DNA of 64,000 nucleotides from Cenarchaeum sp. (GCA_965206845.1 OZ242221.1:1585951-1649950); one strand, 5' to 3'; positions 39,234 to 50,832 are shown, counted from the first letter of the stretch. The notes: generated by a model not told the origin, from the sequence alone. Translations and numbers: made by a program.

Positions 39234-40270
39234 TTGCAGACCTCATATCAAGGCTGGATGCCGGCATGGACTTGACGCACGAGCAGGCAGGCGCCGCCAC
39301 GTCCGAGATGCTGCTGGACAGGATCCCAACTGATCAGTGCGTGAGGTTTCTTGGCCTCCTAACGGCCAAGGGCGAGACCGATGACGAGCTGCTGGGGATG
39401 CTGGAGGCGATGCAGGATCTCTCCCTTGGACTGGATCCAGGCACCCGGGACGGGCTGATCGACATGTGCGGCACCGGCGGCGACGGCCTCCGGACGTTCA
39501 ACGTCTCAACTGCCGCCTCGTTTGTAGCAGCTGCGGCCGGAGTCTCTGTGGCAAAGCACGGCAACCGCTCAAACACAGGCGTCTCTGGCAGCGCCGATGT
39601 CTTTGAGCACCTCGGATGCGATCTGAACGCAGGGCCGGAGCAGCTGCGCGCCATGCTGGACGAGTCAGGCCTCTGCTTCATGTTTGCCCCAAGGTTCCAT
39701 CCTGCCATGAGGAGCGTGGCTCCCGCAAGAAGACAGATACCCCACAGGACGGCATTTAACATACTGGGACCGCTCTCCAACCCGGCATGTGTGAGAAACC
39801 AGCTAATCGGGGTGTCATCCGGCGATCTCCTCATACGGCTGCCAAGAATCCTGTCCCGGCGCGGTTCGACAAATGTCATGACCGTCATGGCAGGCAATGG
39901 CATGGACGAGTTCTCCACTGCCACAAGAAACCGGGTGTGCATCATGCGGGATGGCGCGGTCAGGGAGGAGACTGTGGATCCGCAAGATCTAGGACTTTAC
40001 GAGTCGTCTGCTGCTGACATACAGATAGAAACAAAAGGGCAGGCGATGGAGGCGTTCATACACGTGATGGACGGCACGGCAAGCAGGGCAATGATCGAGA
40101 CAGCAGCGCTCAATGCAGCCGCGGGGCTGATTGTGGGCGGCGCGGCAGACGGCTTCGGGGATGCAACAGATGCGGCCCTAGACACCATAGCATCAGGCAG
40201 GGCGCACAGGTTCCTTGCGGGCTTTGTCGGCAGGTACGGCAACCCCGGGGTGCTGGAGGCGAAAAGGTAA
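39230..40270 (+). CDS. trpD: Anthranilate phosphoribosyltransferase
   Basis: DMCGTGGDG, KHGNRS and FNILGPL motifs. Confidence 0.95.
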   Translation: MIADLISRLDAGMDLTHEQAGAATSEMLLDRIPTDQCVRFLGLLTAKGETDDELLGMLEAMQDLSLGLDPGTRDGLIDMCGTGGDGLRTFNVSTAASFVAAAAGVSVAKHGNRSNTGVSGSADVFEHLGCDLNAGPEQLRAMLDESGLCFMFAPRFHPAMRSVAPARRQIPHRTAFNILGPLSNPACVRNQLIGVSSGDLLIRLPRILSRRGSTNVMTVMAGNGMDEFSTATRNRVCIMRDGAVREETVDPQDLGLYESSAADIQIETKGQAMEAFIHVMDGTASRAMIETAALNAAAGLIVGGAADGFGDATDAALDTIASGRAHRFLAGFVGRYGNPGVLEAKR

Positions 40271-41040
40271 TGCATGTACTTGAGAAGCTCGTCAACAACT
40301 CACAAGCCGCCATAGACAACGGTACCTACGAGATCCGGGAGAGCATCCCCTCAGGCGGCACGGATCTTGTGCGAGCAATACGGGCCAGCCGGCATGCGGC
40401 GATTGTTGCCGAGGTCAAGTTCTCGTCACCCTCGCTGGGGAAGATCCGGACACGGTCTGATCCGACATCGGTTGCAGCCGAGATGATTCGTGGCGGCGCG
40501 GTGGCGCTCTCGGTGCTGACGCAGCCGTACCTATTTGGCGGCTCCCCCCAGTACTTTATGCAGGTAAGACAAGCGGTGGATGTCCCGATGCTGATGAAGG
40601 ATATCATAGTAGACAGGGTGCAGATCGACGCGGCGCAGCGTATGGGGGCCGACTACATCCTGCTGATATCATCTGTGTTCGAGTACGGATACCTGCATGA
40701 TGTGGCCGAGTACATAGGATATGCCCACAAGAAGGGACTGCGGGTGCTCCTGGAGGTGCATACGGCAAACGAGATGCGACAGGCACTCAAGGCAGATGCG
40801 GATCTGATCGGAATCAACAACAGGGATCTTGACACTCTGGAGGTGGATCTTGCGACTACCGAGGGCATTCTGGCAAGTGTTGCAACAGACAGGCTTGTGC
40901 TGTCTGAGAGTGGCATCAGGGCTCCCGGGGACATCCGACGCCTGAGGGCTGCCGGCGCCGCGGCATTCCTAGTGGGCTCAAGCGTAATGGGCAGTGATGA
41001 CATCACCGGATATGTCAGAGAGCTGGTGAACGCGTATTGA
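40270..41040 (+). CDS. trpC: Indole-3-glycerol phosphate synthase
   Basis: [21 protein letters not shown] and SESGI motifs. Confidence 0.95.
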   Translation: MHVLEKLVNNSQAAIDNGTYEIRESIPSGGTDLVRAIRASRHAAIVAEVKFSSPSLGKIRTRSDPTSVAAEMIRGGAVALSVLTQPYLFGGSPQYFMQVRQAVDVPMLMKDIIVDRVQIDAAQRMGADYILLISSVFEYGYLHDVAEYIGYAHKKGLRVLLEVHTANEMRQALKADADLIGINNRDLDTLEVDLATTEGILASVATDRLVLSESGIRAPGDIRRLRAAGAAAFLVGSSVMGSDDITGYVRELVNAY

Positions 41041-42224
41041 GCTATCCTGCAGACGGGCGGTTTGGCGCCTTTGGCGGGAGGTACATCCCCGAGACCCTGG
41101 TTCCCGCAATAGACGAGCTGGAGGCGAGCTACCGGGAGGCGCGACATGACGCAGGGTTTGAGCGCCAGCTGTCCGGATACCTGGCCGAATATGCGGGACG
41201 GCCCACCCCACTGTACTTTGCCAAGAACCTCACCCAGAGGCTGGGCGGTGCAAGGATATACCTGAAGAGGGAGGATCTCCTCCACGGCGGAGCCCACAAG
41301 ATCAACAACACGTTGGGCCAGGCGCTGCTGGCAAAGCGAATGGGCAAGAAGCGGATAATTGCGGAGACGGGGGCTGGCCAGCACGGCGTTGCAGCGGCAA
41401 TGGCGTGCGCATTTCTGGGCATGGATTGCGAGGTGTACATGGGCTACAAGGACACGCAGCGGCAGAGGCTCAACGTGTTCAGAATGAACCTGCTGGGGGC
41501 AGAGGTGCATGCGGTAAGATCCGGCTCCCAGACGCTCAAGGACGCAATAAACGAGGCAATCCGTGACTGGATAACAAACGTGGGCTCAACGTACTACTTG
41601 CTGGGCTCTGCAGTGGGCCCGCACCCCTATCCGGTAATGGTCAGGGACTTTCAGAGCGTGATAGGATGCGAGATAGACTCCCAGATGCGGTCCGTCTCCG
41701 GGCAGAGTCCAGATGCGGCCGTTGCCTGCGTCGGAGGGGGCTCAAACGCCATCGGGACATTCTACCCGCTTCTTGGCGCAAAGACCAGACTGGTGGGGGT
41801 CGAGGCCGCAGGTTGCGGGCTGGGCACAGGTCGCCACTCCGCAACTCTCTCGGCGGGAAGCCCGGGAGTCCTGCATGGGATGATGACGTACCTCCTGCAG
41901 GACTCCCAGGGCCAGATCACAGAGACCCACAGCATCTCTGCGGGACTGGACTACCCCGGGGTGGGCCCGGAGCACTCATTCCTCAAGGACTCGGGCCGGG
42001 TGCGCTACACCACTGCCACAGACGACGAGGTGGTGTCTGCATTTCTTACGCTTGCCGAGGCTGAGGGGATCATACCGGCGCTGGAGTCTGCGCACGCGGT
42101 CGCCGAGGCGATGAAGATGGCAGCATCGATGCCCGAGTCTGAGAGCGTAGTGGTTACGCTCTCTGGCAGGGGCGACAAGGATATGGAGGTAGTCCGGGAG
42201 TACATGAATGCACAGAATCGATGA
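41037..42224 (+). CDS. trpB: Tryptophan synthase beta subunit
   Basis: [34 protein letters not shown] and SGRGDKD motifs. Confidence 0.97.
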   Translation: MSYPADGRFGAFGGRYIPETLVPAIDELEASYREARHDAGFERQLSGYLAEYAGRPTPLYFAKNLTQRLGGARIYLKREDLLHGGAHKINNTLGQALLAKRMGKKRIIAETGAGQHGVAAAMACAFLGMDCEVYMGYKDTQRQRLNVFRMNLLGAEVHAVRSGSQTLKDAINEAIRDWITNVGSTYYLLGSAVGPHPYPVMVRDFQSVIGCEIDSQMRSVSGQSPDAAVACVGGGSNAIGTFYPLLGAKTRLVGVEAAGCGLGTGRHSATLSAGSPGVLHGMMTYLLQDSQGQITETHSISAGLDYPGVGPEHSFLKDSGRVRYTTATDDEVVSAFLTLAEAEGIIPALESAHAVAEAMKMAASMPESESVVVTLSGRGDKDMEVVREYMNAQNR

Positions 42225-43011
42225 AAAGTTTCGGGAGCTGCGCGAAAAAAACCAGGGGGCGCTGATAGCATACGTCATGGCCGGGTATCCCACCGTGTCA
42301 GACACGTCTCTTGTGGTTCGCGGCCTGATAAGGGGCGGCGCGGACATAATCGAGCTGGGATTCCCGTTCTCTGATCCCATGGCCGACGGCCCTGTCATCC
42401 AGAGGGCGGCATCTGCATCCCTGAAAAACGGGGTCACCGTGCCGGGGTTCCTGGATATGGTGCGGAGGATCAGGTCCGAGTCAGACATCCCCTTGGCCGT
42501 CATGACATACACCAACATCCTGTACCAGTACGGATATGGGGACTTTATCTCCGATGCCGCCGATGCGGGAATCGACGGATACATCCTGCCGGATATGTCA
42601 GTTGAGGAGTCCGGGGACTACCTTGCGGCCGCCCGCAGGCACGGCGCCGGAACCATATTCTTGGTATCGCCCAACACCGAAGACAGGCGAGTGCGCATGA
42701 TAGCCCGGGCCAGCTCGGGATTCCTGTACATGGTGGCCGTATACGGCACCACGGGGTCGGCCGGAGGCGTTCAGGACTACTCGGTCGAGGCGGTCAGAAG
42801 AATAAAGGGAATCACCGGGGATGGCATCCCGCTGGGCGTGGGGTTTGGCGTCTCATCTCCGGGCGATGTCCGGCGGTACATGTCCGCAGGTGCGGACGCG
42901 GTCATCGTGGGCAGCGCCATGCTGCGGCTGATCGGGGACACCACCCGGGACGCACTGGAGGATGCCGTATCAAAGTTCACAAGGCAGCTCAAGGACGCCA
43001 CACATCTCTAG
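42208..43011 (+). CDS. trpA: Tryptophan synthase alpha subunit
   Basis: [22 protein letters not shown] and IVGSA motifs. Confidence 0.96.
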   Translation: MHRIDEKFRELREKNQGALIAYVMAGYPTVSDTSLVVRGLIRGGADIIELGFPFSDPMADGPVIQRAASASLKNGVTVPGFLDMVRRIRSESDIPLAVMTYTNILYQYGYGDFISDAADAGIDGYILPDMSVEESGDYLAAARRHGAGTIFLVSPNTEDRRVRMIARASSGFLYMVAVYGTTGSAGGVQDYSVEAVRRIKGITGDGIPLGVGFGVSSPGDVRRYMSAGADAVIVGSAMLRLIGDTTRDALEDAVSKFTRQLKDATHL

Positions 43012-43224
43012 CCGGGGATACGGCGCCGAGCGGGATATGGCCACTGCTGCGCCAGGTGCCACCTGCGGATAAAAGCATCCACCTGACCGTCCCACTCAAA
43101 CCCTGTCTGGTGAGAGGTTACAGGCTAGCGAGCCGGGATCCGTCCAGACGCACGGGCCTGCTCCCTGGAGCGGCGTCACATGTGTCCGATAAACGATTAA
43201 AAACCCAATGTTTCATACCCTGAT

Positions 43225-44814
43225 GTGCAGACAAAGTACATCTTTGTTACGGGGGGTGTAATGTCGGGGCTGGGCAAGGGTGTGGTGGCCTCGTCAGTGG
43301 CAAAGCTTCTGCAGCTGTCGGGAAGGAGTGTATCCTGCGTGAAGATCGACCCATACCTGAATTATGATGCCGGCACCATGAACCCGGTGGCCCACGGCGA
43401 GGTGTTTGTCACAGAGGATGGAGGCGAGTGCGACATGGACATCGGCAACTATGAGCGGTTCCTCAACCGGAACATTCCCCGCAGCCACAACATTACAACT
43501 GCGCAGGTATACTCTGCAGTCATCCGGGCCGAGAGGGAGGGCAGGTATTTGGGCGCCTGCGTGCAGATAATCCCGCACATTACAGACGAGATCAAGAACA
43601 GAATCCGGGGCATAGCCGGAGACGAGAACCTAGATATTCTGATAGTCGAGTGCGGCGGCACCGTGGGAGATATCGAGAGCCTGCCATTCCTGGAAGCGCT
43701 GAGGCAGTTTCGCATCGAGGAGGGCAGCCAGAATGTTGTGTTTGTGCATGTCACCTTGGCGCCGTCCCTGGATGTGGTGGGAGAGCAGAAGACAAAGCCC
43801 ACCCAGCACAGCGTCCAGGAGCTGCGCAGGATCGGCATCCAGCCTGATTTTCTGGCGCTAAGGTGCGCAAGGCCGCTAGAGGACAGAACCAAGAGCAAGG
43901 TTGCTCTGTTCTCCAACGTGGGCGTCGCTGATGTGATATCGTGCCATGATGTCAAGTCCATCTTACAGATGGTCCAGGTGCTCCGGGATCAGGGAGTGGC
44001 GGGCTTGGTATCTGCCAAGCTGGGCATTGCAGACGCATCCCTGGCAGACTGGGATGCCTGGGACAAGGTGGTGAACTCGATGCTCGATCACGGGGATGGG
44101 GCGGTAAAGATCGCCATGGTGGGCAAATACGTCACGCTGGCGGACAGCTACGTCAGCGTCAACGATGCCCTAAAGCATGCCGGGGCAAAGATCGGAAGAG
44201 CCGTGGAGATACACTGGATCGACTCAGAAGCTCTGCCCGGTGCCACCGAGCTGTCCCGGTACGACGGCATACTGGTACCCGGTGGGTTTGGAACCCGCGG
44301 CTCCGAGGGCATCATAGATGCGGCAAGGTTTGCCCGCACCGGCAATGTGCCGTACCTGGGGATATGCTTTGGGTTTCAGCTGGCAGTGGTAGAGTTTGGA
44401 AGAAACGCGCTGGGTCTGGATGCGGACTCGACTGAGATCAGGCCCGATGCCGGAGATCCCGTGATCGACCTGCTTCCGGGGCAGAAGGACGCGCCGGATA
44501 TGGGCGGATCGCTGCGGCTGGGCGCAAACAGGATCATATTAAGGGAGGGTTCGGTGGCATCCCAGATATACGGCACCGGCACAATCTCAAAGAGGCACAG
44601 GCACAGGTACGAGTTCAACCAGGAATACCGGGATCAGTTCGAGGGTGGCGGCATGGAGTTTTCGGCCGAGAGCGACTCCGGAAGGAGGATCGAGATACTT
44701 GAGATTCCCGGGCACAGGTTCTTTATCGGCGTGCAGTTTCATCCGGAGTTCAGCAGCAGGCCTGGGTTTCCAGAGGAGGTCTTTGAGGCCTTTGTCCGGG
44801 CCGCGTCATCCTAG
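43225..44814 (+). CDS. pyrG: CTP synthase
   Basis: TGGVMSGLGKG, KTKPTQHSV, GICFGFQ, RHRHRYE and QFHPE motifs. Confidence 0.97.
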   Translation: MQTKYIFVTGGVMSGLGKGVVASSVAKLLQLSGRSVSCVKIDPYLNYDAGTMNPVAHGEVFVTEDGGECDMDIGNYERFLNRNIPRSHNITTAQVYSAVIRAEREGRYLGACVQIIPHITDEIKNRIRGIAGDENLDILIVECGGTVGDIESLPFLEALRQFRIEEGSQNVVFVHVTLAPSLDVVGEQKTKPTQHSVQELRRIGIQPDFLALRCARPLEDRTKSKVALFSNVGVADVISCHDVKSILQMVQVLRDQGVAGLVSAKLGIADASLADWDAWDKVVNSMLDHGDGAVKIAMVGKYVTLADSYVSVNDALKHAGAKIGRAVEIHWIDSEALPGATELSRYDGILVPGGFGTRGSEGIIDAARFARTGNVPYLGICFGFQLAVVEFGRNALGLDADSTEIRPDAGDPVIDLLPGQKDAPDMGGSLRLGANRIILREGSVASQIYGTGTISKRHRHRYEFNQEYRDQFEGGGMEFSAESDSGRRIEILEIPGHRFFIGVQFHPEFSSRPGFPEEVFEAFVRAASS

Positions 44815-45798
44815 CTTGGATATCTCGTAGATCCGTTGCCGGGCATCGCGGATGGACACCCTCCGGTTGACGTAGCCGCCCTGAACCAGATGGGCCAGCG
44901 CCTGGCGGACGGTTCTGTCCGGGAGCATGGTCTTTGCCGCAAGTCCCTTCTGCGTCAGCGCCCCCTCATACTCGAGGATCTTCAACAGCAGCTTGGAGCT
45001 TGGCGGCATGCTTAGCAGATCCCCTGCCAGGTGCGCCTTCTTTGCCAGCGCAGAGATTGCAGTGGACTCCTGCCTCACGCGGACGATCATGGCAGGCGGC
45101 ATAAACTTCGAACACTCGACTGTCTTCTTTACGTTGTGCCTGCTTGTGCCGTCCAGTATCACCTCGCAGTGCAGCCGCGACCATATGTCATACACCTCGA
45201 TGAGGCTGTCGTCGGGAACTATCAGCGGCCTTCGTGTGACATCCAGCGAGTTTACAGAGATTATCTCAAAGACGGGAGACTCCTGAAAGATTACGGGACC
45301 GCCGGCGGACATCGAGTAGGCCGACGATCCGATTGGGGTGGAGACTATGATGCCATCGCCGCTGTCGTGCCACACGTCCTTGCCGCTGACGCGCAGCGTG
45401 TGCTCCATCAACATGGCGCTCTTTGATGAGAATATGGCCACCTCGTTGAGTATGGGGTACACATTCTTGCCGTCTATCTTTATGCCGACCCGTGGAACGC
45501 TCTCCACGGCAAAGTTGCCGTTTTTGAGCCTGCCTGCGTATGAGTGGAGCTCCTTGAGGTCTATCTGGGCCAGGAATCCGCTTGACTCGGCCTCGCTCAC
45601 TCCCAGAACCGGCACATCCGAGTCCGGGTTTCTGTGAAAGTAGCTGCGGACTCCGCGGTCCCCGCCGAGTGCCACTACACAGTCCACGTCCCCGGGCTTT
45701 TCTGTAAGAAACGAGTCTATACCTGCTGCCTCAAGCGTGTCCATGGCGGTCTTTGCCGAGGCGCCAGCTATTCCATGTCCGTAGATTCCGATCTTCAC
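44806..45798 (-). CDS. NAD kinase-family protein with C-terminal winged HTH
   Basis: LGGDRG, LNE and GDGIIVSTPIGSSAYSMSAGGP motifs; C-terminal LTQKGLA...RTVRQAL. Confidence 0.82.
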   Translation of the reverse strand: MKIGIYGHGIAGASAKTAMDTLEAAGIDSFLTEKPGDVDCVVALGGDRGVRSYFHRNPDSDVPVLGVSEAESSGFLAQIDLKELHSYAGRLKNGNFAVESVPRVGIKIDGKNVYPILNEVAIFSSKSAMLMEHTLRVSGKDVWHDSGDGIIVSTPIGSSAYSMSAGGPVIFQESPVFEIISVNSLDVTRRPLIVPDDSLIEVYDIWSRLHCEVILDGTSRHNVKKTVECSKFMPPAMIVRVRQESTAISALAKKAHLAGDLLSMPPSSKLLLKILEYEGALTQKGLAAKTMLPDRTVRQALAHLVQGGYVNRRVSIRDARQRIYEISKLG

Positions 45799-45830
45799 AG
45801 ATCAGATGAGGCGGGCGCCCGAATAAAAGC

Positions 45831-46703
45831 CTAAACCTGCCGAAACTTTACCGTATTGTAAAAGTATGATGCGTTGATCTCGATCCGTCCCTTGGCAGGC
45901 ACTTTGTCAAGCCCAAGACCATGCGTGTCCAGGGCCGCCTGTGCGGCGCCTGCCGCAAAGCAGAACGCCCACAAAAAGTCTTTCTCCCGCAGCATGGTAC
46001 ACAGGAACGCAGAGCAAAAGATGTCGCCCACCCCCGTGGTGTCGTGGATCTCCTTGTTTGGCAGCCGCAGCGAGTAGAGCCTCTCGCCTGCAAGCACCGA
46101 GATGTCGAGCCCGTCGGTATGCAGAACGTATTTTACGCCGCGATCCCGCAGCTCCTCCATCGAGTCTGTTCCGCTTCCGTCTGCAAGGCAACCCATCTCG
46201 TCCGCCCTCACCCTGAGCGCAGAGACACCCTTCAGATCTACGTCTGTCTTCTCTAGGCGCACCATGCCTGACTTGTCGGCCCTCCGAAGAAAGCCTTGCG
46301 GATCCAGCAGCGTAAACCCAGAGTCCTTCTTTACCCTCTCAAAGGTGTCAGCCGTGATCTCGTGAAATATGGGAGTAACTACCGTGCCGTCGGCATCAAG
46401 CCCCTGATACTGCACCGGCTCGCACGCATGCTCGAGGTACATCTGGCGCTCGGCCCCGCTAATCTCTATGCGGAACCTGGTCGTCGGTATGTCTGACAGC
46501 GCGTCAGCAAAGCGCGTCTTTTTGTCCTTCAGGTAGGTGCTTGCGGGAAAATCACTACCAAACTTTGTTGCAAGGCGCACATCGGCCCCAAAGGCGCGCG
46601 CCGTCAGGCCGCAGTAGCAGGCGGCTCCGCCTGCCCGTTCAAACTCGCCGCCGTCTACCACTATGGTGTCGATGGCGCAATGGGAGAAGATGCCAATCTT
46701 CAA
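45831..46703 (-). CDS. PfkB/ribokinase family carbohydrate or nucleoside kinase
   Basis: AGGAACY, LDPQGFLR and DTTGVGDIF motifs; TTG start at 46703. Confidence 0.82.
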   Translation of the reverse strand: MKIGIFSHCAIDTIVVDGGEFERAGGAACYCGLTARAFGADVRLATKFGSDFPASTYLKDKKTRFADALSDIPTTRFRIEISGAERQMYLEHACEPVQYQGLDADGTVVTPIFHEITADTFERVKKDSGFTLLDPQGFLRRADKSGMVRLEKTDVDLKGVSALRVRADEMGCLADGSGTDSMEELRDRGVKYVLHTDGLDISVLAGERLYSLRLPNKEIHDTTGVGDIFCSAFLCTMLREKDFLWAFCFAAGAAQAALDTHGLGLDKVPAKGRIEINASYFYNTVKFRQV

Positions 46704-46935
46704 GGGATGCACCTGCCTGCGGTATGTGTTCGGCGCAGGTTCGCCGGGCCGCGCCGTGGCGATCCGGTGGGCCACAGCCTGTAAGAGGACATCGGCATGT
46801 ATGGGTAGGAGGTACATGTATAGATAAATCCTTCAATCGTCTGCAGTCCTGCCTGGCTACGTCCCACAAGAATGCGCCACTTCAAACCGATAGGGCGCTG
46901 ATTGGCTGATCGCAGCACTGAATGAAGACAAAGGC

Positions 46936-47860
46936 ATGCGATCAACGAGCGTACGTTCAAAAAATATCCGCTTGGTCTGGCTTTGGGTACCGTCCCAGAG
47001 GCAGTTGGGCGGCTTGATGAACCATACCAAGGCAGGGGTGGGCGGCACGATGGCATACATGCTCAAGACCGTGGTCGCGGTCTGCGCTGCCATGGGAGCG
47101 ATGGGCAAGACCTGCTGCACAGAGCATGCATCCGGCCCCATACTGGCATGACCAGGGGGATGGGGCTAATGGACATCCACCATACCCAAGAGTACCAAGG
47201 CGCGCATGCGATCCTATTCTGTAGTCGTGCCTGGCCGGTGCCGCAGGACGGCTGTGCGCGAGATGACGGTTGGTAGCGTGGCCGGGGTCAGCACAGGATA
47301 CCAAAACAACCGGTTCTTTCAGTGGTTCGATGAACGGATGAGGGCGGGGTGGGATGGATCATTCCCCACGCAGCATACGGGCTGGCACATAGCGAGGGAT
47401 CCACGCTTTAAAGGGCTCAGTTTGGTAGCGTTCCTTGATGACGCTCTTGGGCGCGTGACCGGGGCGGCCCTGTTTGCGGAGGCCGCATCGGGGAGCGCTG
47501 CGGTAGTGCTTCGGCAGGCAATCGAACGGTTCAAAGCCCCGGCCACGATACCCTCGGACAGCGGAGTCGTGTTTTGTCGGTGCCCGCAGAGGGGAGCCGA
47601 AAGGGCCCTGGCAGCCTACCGCGTTTGATGGCGGGCTGCCGGACAGGCGCGCCAGGCCGATCAACTCCAAGTCGTACCGCCCGCAGACAAGCGGCAAGCC
47701 GGACGGTTTCATAGGTGCGCAGCGGTAGATCTTTCGCTACAAGGACCCGTCCAGACATGCCAAGTATTGCAACGAGAGAAGGCCGTACCTTTCACTGGGC
47801 ACCGACAACTATGAGATCCCACTCAAGGCGCTTTTCGCCAGGAAGGCAACAGAAGCGATC
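46936..47860 (+). pseudogene. Heavily decayed IS481-type transposase remnant
   Basis: HTGWH...LVAFLDDALGRVTG..FAEA...AIERF..PATIPSDSG, then in another frame YRPQTSGK; multiple frameshifts; boundaries approximate. Confidence 0.65.
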
Positions 47861-48577
47861 AGAAAAAACGAGCCAAAGCGGGCGGGCTAGACCCCAATTA
47901 CTAGTGGATGCGGTTTCAATATACTGTACATATCAGACAAAAATCAATAATCTTATATATCGGACAAAACCTACTAGTATCAATGGCACACCTAGCATTA
48001 CAGGTCCTGTACCTGCCCCGGTTCTCTCCGTTGGTGCATTATTGCTTATGCTGGTCGGGTCAAACGGAGGTGGGGAGAGACAGACTGTGAGTTGTAGCTA
48101 ATACCAACGATCCCCAGATCTGGCTCATGGCATGGCGACACGGCGCACTGCACGGATTCCAAACGTGGATGCCTCGCCAGACTGGCATGCGGGCATAAAC
48201 CTGGCTGACCAGCAGCCATACGCCCGTGATGCCCCATGGAGTGCGCTGATCGTAGCGTCATGCTGTCTTCTGCTGGTGCCGTTGTCCGGGTAATAGAGCT
48301 CCCGGCCTTGGACACCGCTCTGGTCAGAGTCCCTGGATCTGGACTTTTTATTTTTCCCTAACTTTTGTCCACAATAGGCGCCGTCTGCGCCCTTGGAAAC
48401 TGACTCCCTTTTACGCTGCCTTTGATACGTTTCGGAACCCTGATCTCGGAGATGGCCCTGCGGCTATCGCATCCCTGGGGATTCCGCCCTTGGTGTTTTC
48501 ATTCTGTGGATCATGGCACCGGCCGGGGACTGCACCGCCAGATGCTGCTGCGTGGCCACCTCTAGTGGGAGGCACCT

Positions 48578-50410
48578 TTACAAGTCCCTTCTTGTTACGT
48601 GGTGTGTATCATACCCGTACTCTGAGGCTATGGTCTCGTCGCTCTCCTCGGCGGTATCCTCAAACTCGTACTTCCCGATGCTCCTTATTGCCCTGTATAG
48701 CGCCCCGTCTGAGACTATGCCGTTTGGACGTGCCAGGCGGTTTATCTTGGAACAGCGGTTGACGGTTGAGCCAAAGATGTCGCGAACCACAGAAGTCGAG
48801 CTGCTTGCCACCCGGACTGTCCCAAACGCGATGCTGATACGGTAGTCCACGCGCGGCAGGCCAAGTCTCTCAAGGGCATCAGATACTGTGCCATGTGACT
48901 CGCATATTGAGATACAACACTCCAGCGCGTCCGATATGGAATACGCATCCTTTGGGTCGGGGACAACAAACGAGAAGAGCAGCGAGTCCCCTATGTTCTT
49001 TATTACGATCCCATTAAATCTGGTGACTATCTGGGCTATCTCGTTGAGAAACGTCTCATACAGCATTGCCGCGTCAGAGTCGGATAGCCCACGAACCGTC
49101 TTGGTGGAATCAACTATGTCAATAAAGCACACGCAGTCAGTCTCGGTGCGGTCTGAGAACTTGAGGAGTATCCCCTCTTCGTATCTTATGACGTCCTCTT
49201 TTTGCCTGATGGCGGCCGCCTGCTTTCTGAGCCTCCCCGCCATCGAGTCAAACGCCGAGGACAGCTGGCCTACCTCGTCTGCCGAATTTATTCCGGTAAC
49301 GACATCTAGCCGTCCGCTCTCTATCTGATTTGCCGCATCTCTGAGTCTTACTATGGGCCCAGAGATCTTCCTTGAGATGACAAACGCCACTGTTGCCATT
49401 GCAGGGACTATCGCCGAGCCAATGACGAGCATACTCTCCTGCAGAACCTGAACCGGCTCAAGCATCTCTTCCTCATCGATTTCTGCGAGCAGCACAAACC
49501 CGTCTGCGCAGTACGTTGCCCCAAGTATCTGAATTCCCCGGTAGTCTGGATAGGTGCCGACTGTCTGCTCCATCCTCTCCACGCAGTTCTTTGCCCCCAG
49601 CGTGTAGACCGTCTGTATGTACTGCACATCCCGTATGAATCTGGACTCCGATATCATGGCATAGTTGTAGTCTACCAGATAGACCTCCCCGGTGTTGCCA
49701 AGGCCGCTTCTGTCAAGCAGCGTGTGGTCTATGCTGTCTGTGCTGCTGGTTATGATGACGGCGCCGATTGGATCCGTATCTGGGCCATTGTTTACTGGAG
49801 CCGCAGCATATATGCTGCTGCCTCTTGTAGACGGGCCAAATTCTGCAAAATTCTTTCCGCTGATGGCCCTTACGAAACGAGAGTCTTCCGAGGCGTTCTG
49901 TTCCGTCAGGAGTCTCTCAAGGGAAAAGAGTATGCCACCCGCATCATCGGTTATTACGACGTTCTCGATCCCTGCGTCTCTTGCCGGCCAGTCAAACTCC
50001 ATTATTTTGTGCAGGAACTCTTCATCGCTGCCTTGCGCGGATTTTTGGAGCCCTGCCGAATCCGGGGTCTTGAGCCCGTACATCAGATCCTCAATCTCGG
50101 GATCGTCCGCGAGCATGCGCGCTTGCGCAGATCTTGAGTCCATGGTGCTCTCTACTGAGGCGCCGCGTATTGCCGCCTCGCTTAGCATCTGGTTTGAGGT
50201 TCTCTCGGTTATGATCTCCTTTGCGGACTCGCTCACAAACGTCATGCTGACTAGCATCGTGACAACCGAGACTAGGACTGCCTGAAAGATCAACTTTCCT
50301 GCGATGCTCGTGTCTATCCTCAGCGGGTGGTTTCTCCGGTGCTGCGGCAGCGCGCTGCTCGGCTGTGCGGCATGTATAGGCTTGCCCATGCGGCCCTGCG
50401 GATGAGGCAT
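48578..50410 (-). CDS. Membrane dCache-HAMP-class III adenylate cyclase
   Basis: TM, Cache-like extracellular region (GLGNTGEVYLVD...YPDYRG), TM, HAMP (GPIVRL..DEVGQL), cyclase FIDIVDST..KNIGD..DIFGSTVN; start uncertain. Confidence 0.82.
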   Translation of the reverse strand: MPHPQGRMGKPIHAAQPSSALPQHRRNHPLRIDTSIAGKLIFQAVLVSVVTMLVSMTFVSESAKEIITERTSNQMLSEAAIRGASVESTMDSRSAQARMLADDPEIEDLMYGLKTPDSAGLQKSAQGSDEEFLHKIMEFDWPARDAGIENVVITDDAGGILFSLERLLTEQNASEDSRFVRAISGKNFAEFGPSTRGSSIYAAAPVNNGPDTDPIGAVIITSSTDSIDHTLLDRSGLGNTGEVYLVDYNYAMISESRFIRDVQYIQTVYTLGAKNCVERMEQTVGTYPDYRGIQILGATYCADGFVLLAEIDEEEMLEPVQVLQESMLVIGSAIVPAMATVAFVISRKISGPIVRLRDAANQIESGRLDVVTGINSADEVGQLSSAFDSMAGRLRKQAAAIRQKEDVIRYEEGILLKFSDRTETDCVCFIDIVDSTKTVRGLSDSDAAMLYETFLNEIAQIVTRFNGIVIKNIGDSLLFSFVVPDPKDAYSISDALECCISICESHGTVSDALERLGLPRVDYRISIAFGTVRVASSSTSVVRDIFGSTVNRCSKINRLARPNGIVSDGALYRAIRSIGKYEFEDTAEESDETIASEYGYDTHHVTRRDL

Positions 50411-50511
50411 GCATTTATGTTTTTTTGTACAAATGGGACAATTATCTAATCTAAAAAGTAGGACACAGTTTATCTACACAGATTATAAGTAAGTACTTTC
50501 AGATTTGAGGC

Positions 50512-50799
50512 ATGCCACTCAAGCGCGCAAGCCGGGGCAGAAAGAAGGGTGGGAAAGGATCCTCAGGCACAGTCCAGTGCACAAACTGCGGCCAGACCGT
50601 GCCAAAGGACAAGGCAAAGAAGGTAACATCCCGCCTGAACTTGGTGGATCACACACTGGCAAAGGAACTCAAGGCGCAAGGCGCCTATATTGCATCGCCC
50701 AGGGTGCTCAAGTGGTACTGCATATCGTGCGCCATACACTTTGGAATACTAAAGATCCGCTCAGAGGCCACACGAAGACAGCGCGGCAGGCTGCGGTAG
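50512..50799 (+). CDS. rps26e: 30S ribosomal protein S26e
   Basis: MPLKRASRGR...QCTNCG..VPKDKA...YCISCAIH. Confidence 0.93.
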   Translation: MPLKRASRGRKKGGKGSSGTVQCTNCGQTVPKDKAKKVTSRLNLVDHTLAKELKAQGAYIASPRVLKWYCISCAIHFGILKIRSEATRRQRGRLR

Positions 50800-50832
50800 G
50801 GCTGGCGATATCTCCAAGGCCGCGCAAGGGTA

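Noticed and set aside
43012-43200. ccagggagcaggccc on the minus strand after trpA resembling an SRP motif
   Set aside because: The region is too short and lacks the supporting helices.
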